NCBI GenBank assembly: GCA_951406725.2
Contig: OX597841.1
Coordinates: 26,970,001 to 27,034,000, forward strand
Length of the DNA: 64,000 nucleotides
Origin: Octopus vulgaris
Lineage: Eukaryota
Direction of reading: 5' to 3'
The notes under the pieces: generated by a model
Told to the model about the DNA's origin: nothing
The model's input: the letters and a program-made list of their open reading frames with translations, nothing else
The model's database searches: none
In this document: piece after piece, positions 55,461 through 64,000 of the stretch
Layout: the number at the start of each line of letters is the position of its first letter
Position numbering within the stretch: position 1 is the first letter of the stretch
Position numbers and translations under genes: made by a program

Positions 55461-56091
55461 TATGCATCTATAACATATGAGGCAAAAGAAGCAAAAACAC
55501 GCAACTACAAAAACTACATAACCACAGACAAATAAGCCAAAAAAAAAAAAAAACACACACACACACACAAACACACCACAAAATTATAAATCATACATAA
55601 CTAACCACAGAAGAAGACAGTTTGTTGTCCGAATGTCTCACTGTGTTGAACGGTCCCAAGAGATATGGCAGGGAGGGGTGGGGTGCGGGATTGTCGGCCA
55701 TGTTGTGGTCTCACCACCAGTTAGTCATTCTGTCAGACAGTTCCACTTCCAGCCAGACTGTACATCCGTCTGAATGTACATATGTCAGTTGGTCTGTCAG
55801 AATATATGTATTTTTCTATGTATGCGTGTGTATGCCGAGTTTTTGCGCATGTATTTAAGTACCGATCTATCTATCTATCTATCTATCTATCTACCTATCT
55901 ATCTATCTATCTATCTATCTGCCTGTTTGCCTTTATCTTTCGAGCTAAGTATATGTCTGTCTTTCTGTCTGTATATCTATCTATCTACTTATCTATCTAT
56001 TAGTCTACTTACGTATTCATCTACATAGTTGTCTGTCTATCCATCAATATATCTATCTGCCTGCCTGTCTATATCTCTATCTTTCTGCCCT

Positions 56092-56132
<41 letters not shown>

Positions 56133-56205
56133 CATCTGTCTATCCATCTATCTACCTACCTAGTTGTTGCTCTGTCTATCTATCTATCTGGTTGTCTGTC
56201 TGTCC

Positions 56206-56236
<31 letters not shown>

Positions 56237-56309
56237 CATCTGTCTATCTATCTATCTACCTACCTAGTTGTTGCTCTGTCTATCTATCTATCTGGTTGTC
56301 TGTCTGTCC

Positions 56310-56393
<84 letters not shown>

Positions 56394-56487
56394 GTCTTTA
56401 CATCTTTCACCATAGCTATCTGTCTACATACCTACATTTCTCTCTTTCACTTTCTCTCTACCAAATTTTCTATGTATCCATCTGCAA

Positions 56488-56531
<44 letters not shown>

Positions 56532-56543
56532 ACACACACACAT

Positions 56544-56586
<43 letters not shown>

Positions 56587-56737
56587 CATATACTTACGTA
56601 TCCATCTACCGAATTGTCTATCTATCTATCTATCTATCTATCTACCCATTTCCCTCCCTCCCTTTGATCACTATGTCTATTTGCCATCAACAGTGTCTGC
56701 AAAAGTGTGTTGAGAGCTAAATGTGACGGAAACTTAC

Positions 56738-56800
56738 TCAATCACTGACAACATTCAAAATGGCCGCCCGTTCAGTTTATTTTTGCGCTCGCCAACTGTA
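56738..56800 (-). promoter_or_regulatory. Candidate first exon: YY1-type motif and GTAAGT splice donor
   Basis: caaaatggccgcc at 56756-56768; minus strand ...atgttgtcagtgattga|gtaagt. Confidence 0.3.
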
Positions 56801-57110
56801 ATTGCTCCTCGGGGACATATTTCAATTTACAGTTTATCAGATAACTTTTGAATCACTCTTTCCTTCCTTCCTTCCTTCTTTCTTTATTCCTTCTCCTCTT
56901 TTTCTCTGTTATTCAAACACACTGTTTTACCTTTTTATCTCTCTCAACCATTCTCACTCACACACGAGCGCGCGTACACACACACACACACACATATATA
57001 TTATATATATATAATACTTATGCATGCGTATAAATGTGTGACGGATCTAAATATATATGTATATATAGATATATAAACGTATGTGTATAAACATATATTC
57101 ACACACTTGT

Positions 57111-57165
<55 letters not shown>

Positions 57166-57266
57166 CATGTAAATATACATATGCTTCCACACATATATCT
57201 ATGTGCCTATGCGTATTCGAATATGCAAATGTGTGTATTTGTATGCATTTGTGTGCGCGTTCATAT

Positions 57267-57304
<38 letters not shown>

Positions 57305-57471
57305 CATATGCTTGCATATATTTTTGGACATACGTATATATACGTATATATATGTGTATATATATGTATATATATATATATATATATTGATGCGTGTGTA
57401 TATATTATATATATATATATACATACATACATATGCTTGCATATATTTTTGGACATACGTATATATACGAA

Positions 57472-57513
<42 letters not shown>

Positions 57514-57810
57514 CTAGTATGTAGATATATATGTATAAACACAGACGCACACACATAAATGTATATAAACTTACATATGCTCATACACATTACACAAACA
57601 CACACATATATGAATACGTATGTCCGTGTGTGTGTATGTGTGTGCGTGCCTCTCCTCTCTCTCTCTCTCTCCATCTATCTATGTATATTTGTCTGCCAGT
57701 CTGTTTATCTATCATAAATATATATCTATTTGAGTATATATCTGCGCATCCATCTGTTTTGCACGAAGACTCCGAGCGGACACCATAAATCACCAAGAAG
57801 CTTGCTTCTC

Positions 57811-58333
57811 ACGATGAGGATCCCAGCTTGGCAAGGGGGATAACATTTCTTCTGGCAATTGATGGGGGTCGAAGAACTGAAAGCATGGCACTGGCTCCAC
57901 TGGATGGTACTGACCACTGAAGATGGTGGAATCCAGTGGGAAAGAGACGACCGAGCAGATATTCTCATATTGACTTCAAAGACCTGATGAGACACTTGAC
58001 CATTTCAGGGTCTATGACTTAACCTTGTACACAAAATTGAAAGGGCGAGCACTTAGCGACACTAGATGTGACGATGAGGATCCCAGCATGGCAAGGGGGA
58101 TAACATTTCTTCTAGCAATTGATGGGGGTCGAAGAACTAAAAGCATGGCATTGGCTCCACTGGATGGCACTGACCACTGAAGATGGTGGAATCCAGTGGG
58201 AAAGAGACGACCGAGCAGATATTCTCATATTGACTTCAAAGACCTGATGAGACACTCGACCATTTCAGGGTCTATGACTTTACCTTGTACACAAAATTGA
58301 AAGGGCGAGCACTTAGCGACACTAGATGTGACA
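57811..58333 (+). repeat. Tandem duplication of a ~260-bp unit, possibly an RTE-like LINE 3' fragment
   Basis: Units start at 57811 and 58071; one frame reads RWWNPVGKRRPSR, like the RTE C-terminal W.P.GKR..GRP motif. Confidence 0.5.
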
Positions 58334-58458
58334 CCCAGTCAGAAGAAATTAACGAAATTCGGTCATAACTACGCCAGAGTGAACACCGATCATAATTACT
58401 AGTGACGCTGCCTTGGGCTGTATAGGAACTTTACATCTATGATTACGTCTATACATAG

Positions 58459-58600
58459 GTGCAGGTGTGGCTGTGTTGTAAGAAACTTGCTACCCAATCA
58501 CATGGTTCCGGGTTCAGTCCCACCTTGGGCAAGTGACTTCTGCAGTAGCCTTGTGAGTGGATATGGTAGACAAGAACTGAAAGAGGTCGGCCGTGTGTAT

Positions 58601-58649
<49 letters not shown>

Positions 58650-59175
58650 AGCAGTATAACCCGGCGTTGCTCGGGTTTGTAAGGGAAATAAGTATATAAG
58701 CATTTATAGAAAGTTACTTCCATTATATAAACCTAGCGAAAATGCATTAAAAATGTTGAAAAATTATGGTAAATTTTTTTTTAAATCGTAGACTCATCGT
58801 AGACGCGCGCTAATACCCAGAAGGTCTCGTTATGAATCACGACTATAAGATACCCGCTTTTGGTTAAACTGCACCGCAAAATGTGGGAGTAGTTAGGAAT
58901 CTAAATCGTAGGAGACAGACACACAACTTCACTTTTATATATAAAGATATATATATACATACAGATATTTGTATGTCTGTGTTTGTCCGCCACCCTCGCT
59001 TAACAACCGATGTTGGTGTGTTTACGTCCCTGTAACTTAGCCGTTCGGCAAAAAAGGGAACGATAGAATAAGTACTAGGCTTGCAAAGAATAAGTCCTGG
59101 GGGTCGATTTGTTAGACTAAAGGCAGTGCTCCAGCATGGCCATGGTCAAATGATTGAAACATGAAAAAGAATAAG
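58459..59175 (+). mobile_element. SINE family A interrupted by a Helitron
   Basis: Head 58459-58600, tail 58970-59175. Confidence 0.8.
58648..58947 (-). mobile_element. Non-autonomous Helitron (H1-related, internally deleted)
   Basis: Minus strand starts TCtttatatataaaag, shares aactactcccacattttgcggtgcag with H1, ends with hairpin plus CTTG. Confidence 0.85.
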
Positions 59176-59345
59176 AAAAATATACACAAACGGACTCATA
59201 TATTATGTGTGTGTGCCTGTGTGTATGAGTGTGTGTGTATATAAATGTGTGAGTTTAGGCGGGAGTGAGTACGTACTGGGACCGTTCGCAACCACATGGA
59301 CTCTGATCGAATTCCACTGCGTAGCACCTTTTACTAGAGATCCAG

Positions 59346-59387
<42 letters not shown>

Positions 59388-59409
59388 TATATATAGATGC
59401 TTTCAAAAT

Positions 59410-59605
59410 GTGACCTCGTGTGTACCGTTGGCGATTTTTTCCCTCTGTCTTCCCTTCTCTGGATCTTTCCTTCTTCTTTGTTTTCGACGAAGAGCTCCGC
59501 TCAAAACGTTAAACCCTCCTTCTTTCCTGAGCGTCCAATAATACTACATTTGTTCCACGTCCTCGCGTTGTTGTGTTTTTTTTTTTAGTGCTTTCTTATT
59601 TGGAT

Positions 59606-59608
<3 letters not shown>
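59410..59608 (+). mobile_element. Family X element (hammerhead core decayed)
   Basis: Near-identical to 12235-12437; the core reads TCGACGA...AAAA. Confidence 0.7.
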
Positions 59609-59640
<32 letters not shown>

Positions 59641-59756
59641 GTTATATTTCGGAATGGTCATTTTGCCAGTTTAGCCAATAAAAACACACGCACTATATAT
59701 TTGGTGTTATTTTGCTTCAGTGTTATTTATTTTTACATTAATCTTAATCTTATTTC

Positions 59757-59800
59757 AGCCAGAGTTCTTTCGTCACACTCCTGTGACCGCATCAGTGGTC
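59757..59800 (-). ncRNA. Hammerhead-like motif (CTGATGC variant)
   Basis: Reverse complement cca-CTGATGC-g-gtcac-aggagt-gtgac-GAAA-gaac-TC-tgg. Confidence 0.55.
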
Positions 59801-60084
59801 CTTTGTTTTCTTCTTTCTTATTTGTGTGTAACTATCTATCTGTCTGTCTGTCTAACTAACTGTCTGTTTGTCTCTCTCTCACTCTCTCTCTATCTCTAAC
59901 TTTCTGTGTGTCCATCTGTCTGCTTCTCTTTCTCTGACACAAACATATAATATTTGTGTATGTGTGTATGTGTGTGTGTGTGTGATTATGTGTATGTATG
60001 TATTTGTGTACATGCGTGTGTGTGTATAGTTAAATATAATTTAGGTCAAAAACCTTGAAGTCTGCTGTACAAAGCTCGTCCACA

Positions 60085-60457
60085 TTTATTGGCTATCGGA
60101 TGTCAAAATGCATCGAGAATGATCTTGTTACTAGATATACAACAGGAATTTCGCTTCCTTCTGACCGCCGCTGCCACATGACAGAGCAACCCGCTCTCCT
60201 CCTTCCAGGTTTGCTGCAAGTCGAGGGTTTATCTCAAAAGTTTCCCTACGCCATTTCGCCCCCAACAGGATGACGGCCCCCATGGCAGTAAGACCCAACT
60301 GAGACTCGGGCAAAATAGGGGAAGTTTATCGAGTCATTCTACCAAAAGTTCTCCTTGTAGAAGAAGATCGATCCCTCAGTTGACACGAGTTTCTTTCGAG
60401 GACGCGATCCATAATTCTTCTCTAAAATTCTTCGGGAAGAAACGTGACAAAGAATAA
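60085..60457 (+). pseudogene. Possible degenerate Tc1/mariner transposase fragment
   Basis: Frame from 60209 reads ..PFRPQQDDGPHGSKTQLRLGQN.., resembling FQQDGAP.H.SK.TQ.WL..N; upstream DVKMHRE resembles GVKIN. Confidence 0.35.
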
Positions 60458-60574
60458 AACTTTTTCATTTCGTTTTCCTTCTTTCGATCTAACTCCTTCG
60501 TTCTTTTTCATTTTTGACTTTCTTTTCATTCTTCCTTTCTCTCTTTCATTCCCATTCTCTCCACCCTCTCTCTC

Positions 60575-60603
60575 TCTCTTTCACTCATATTATCTCACTT
60601 CTC

Positions 60604-60639
<36 letters not shown>

Positions 60640-60995
60640 TATTATCTCACTTCTGACCTCTCTCTCTCTCTCTCACTCTTATTATCTCACTTCTGACCTC
60701 TCTCTCTCTCTCTCTCTCACTCTTATTATCTCACTTCTCACCTCTCTCTCTCTCTTTCACACTTATTATCTCACTTCTCACCTCTCTCTCTCTCTCTCTC
60801 TCTTTCACTCTTATTATCTCACTTCTCACCTCTCTCTCTCTCTTTCACTCTTATTATCTCACTTCTCAACTCTCTCTCTCTCTCTCTCTTTCACTCTTAT
60901 TATCTCACTTCTCACCTCTCTCTCTTTCCCTCTTATTATCTCACTTCTGACCTCTCTCTCTCTCTCTTTCATTCTTATTATCTCACTTCTCACCC
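60575..60995. repeat. Minisatellite cactcttattatctcacttctcac(ct)n, about 10 units
   Basis: Direct inspection. Confidence 0.92.
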
Positions 60996-61688
60996 CCCTC
61001 TCTCTCTATATATATCTATCTCTCTATCTATCTCGTTCTTTCTAATTCTTAATCTTTCATTCCTTCTCTCATTCTCCTCTCCTGCTTTTTCTCTTTTCTT
61101 CTCCTTTCCATTTCTCATCGCTCTTTCTCTCTTCCTCTTCTCTTTCCCTCTCCTCCTCTTTTCCCCTCCTCTTCTCACTTCCTCTCCCACCTTCGCTCCC
61201 AACGCCATTCTTTACCTCGCTCCCCCTTCCTCTCTCGTCACCACTTTCTAACGCCCACTCCTCATCTCCCTCTCTCCTTCCTTCTCTTCTTCTTCATTCC
61301 CTCACCCTCTTCTCTTCTTCCACCTCAACCCCCCCCCCCGTCTCCACACGATTCCGTAATTTTCTGTGCTTTTACCATAAAGTATTCATGTGTCATATTT
61401 AATGGCAACGCCACCACTACCACCATCACCCCCGCAGCTACCACCCCCGCAGCTACCACCCCCGCAGCTACCACCACCACCACCACCACCACCACTGCTA
61501 TCATCATCATTATCATCATCATCAGTAATATAATTATTAGTGTCACAAAATTAATATTAATAACACGCATATAAATATAAATGCATATATATGTATATAT
61601 ATACACACACACACACACATATATATATATGTAAACACATATATATGCATATACATATATATGTATACACATATATATGTATACACAC

Positions 61689-61730
<42 letters not shown>

Positions 61731-62147
61731 ATATGTATATATATATGCATATATATACATATGTGTATATATATATATACATATCAAATATGTATTATTA
61801 ATACACACACATTTGCATGTGTGTGTGAATGCAGAGAGGGGGGAAGAAGAAGAAAAAGAAGAAGAGAGAGTATATAAAGTTTACTTATAAGAATATAAAT
61901 GATTAGCTTTATCTTTTATATATATAAATTAAACACAAATATGTAAATGTATGCCTCCATATTTACATGCATGTGTATGGATACACACGCACACAGTGAA
62001 ACACACACATAAGAATACACACACACATAGATAAATAGATAGATAGGTAGATATATAAACGATGAATATATACAATATATATATATATATATACAATAAT
62101 ATATATTACATAGATTTATATGTGTGTGTTAAATTTTGTGATAGAAA

Positions 62148-62520
<373 letters not shown>

Positions 62521-62984
62521 ACTTCTGTTCCTACTGTAATCACTAGACTGTAACACCTCTACAACCGTCACCGAAAATTTCTCGTGTATTTGACATGTTT
62601 CACGCGTCCATCTTGTTTTTGTTTCTGTTTTCATTTTCGCATATTATTTACAAAAAAATCTTTGCTCTAATTTCGCCGGCCCTTGTGGCTAATAAAGTGA
62701 AAAACAACACAAAAGGGGGCAAATAAAAACAAAAAAGCAAAACAAAGCAAAACAAAAAGGGACTCAGAAGGAAGTTTCATTCGACATGTTAATGTCGTTG
62801 CACTTCGTAGGTGTTGTTGTTGTTGTTTTGGCTGTTGTTGTTGTTGTTGACAATGCTGTAAGTGTTAATGACTTGGCATGTGTGTGGGCGTGTTTATTAT
62901 ATATTAAAAAGACACCAAGTATATTATAAATACGAATTCATATATATAAATGCAAATATATTTTATATGTATACAGTGTATATA

Positions 62985-63025
<41 letters not shown>

Positions 63026-63091
63026 TGTGAAACATATTTATACAATATACATATAATATACAGATATATTACACAAAAGCATATTTTATAC

Positions 63092-63150
<59 letters not shown>

Positions 63151-63788
63151 ATATTTATTAATTTTGTATATATATGTTTTATATATAAATATAAGTATAT
63201 TATAAGCATCTATATATATAAAATATATATCATATATATATAACATACACATATATATAAACATATGTAATTATATATATGTGATTTATATTTTATATAT
63301 ATAAATGCATGTTATATACATATAGTTATATACAAAATATACGTATATACATTTAATGTATATTGTATATAAGCATATGTGTATATATACATATATATAT
63401 ATATACATATACAGATATATACATACGTATATATACATATATATACATATACATATATATATATACATATACATACATATACATATATATATACACACAT
63501 ATATACATCCATATATATATACACATATATACACACATATATACATATACATATACATATACATACATATATATACACACACATATATACATATATATAC
63601 ACATACATATATACATATATATACACATACATATATATATACACATATATACATATATATATATATACACACATATATATACATATATATATATACATAT
63701 ATATATACACACACATACACATATATATACATATATATATACACACACATACACATATATATACATATATATATACACACACATACAC

Positions 63789-63833
<45 letters not shown>

Positions 63834-63839
63834 TATATT

Positions 63840-63905
<66 letters not shown>

Positions 63906-64000
63906 AACACATACACACACACACACACACACACATATACATTTCATATTGTGTGTTGTTCAATTATTGAATGCTGCTGTTGCTGCATTCGATGTTCACA

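Noticed and set aside
57895-57950. CTGAAGA...GAAA in the 260-bp duplication
   Set aside because: The sequence forms a simple hairpin (ccactggat/atccagtgg); no helix III or NUH

Overview
Repeat-saturated, AT-rich eukaryotic (animal) genomic DNA. The SINE repertoire and extreme (TA)n/(CA)n/(TAGA)n density suggest a cephalopod such as Octopus; this is an inference. No intact host protein-coding gene can be supported, and almost all long ORFs in the track are microsatellite translations. The window contains at least four tRNA-derived SINE families, fragments of RLE-type and CR1/L2-type LINEs, mariner, hAT and piggyBac-like MITEs, non-autonomous Helitrons and minisatellites. The main unexplained signal is about a dozen short elements embedded in (TA)n tracts that carry minimal hammerhead-ribozyme-like folds. 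Several unrelated ones share a non-canonical CCGA(T/C)GA core, some form fold-back palindromes, and several sit tail-to-tail, consistent with Penelope-like terminal repeats or retrozymes. Other notable items: two different Helitrons inserted at the identical base of two mariner-MITE copies, a tRNA-Glu 3' half joined to a SINE tail, a SINE/LINE pair sharing a 3' end, and a candidate minus-strand first exon. Coordinates were read by eye and repeat boundaries are approximate.
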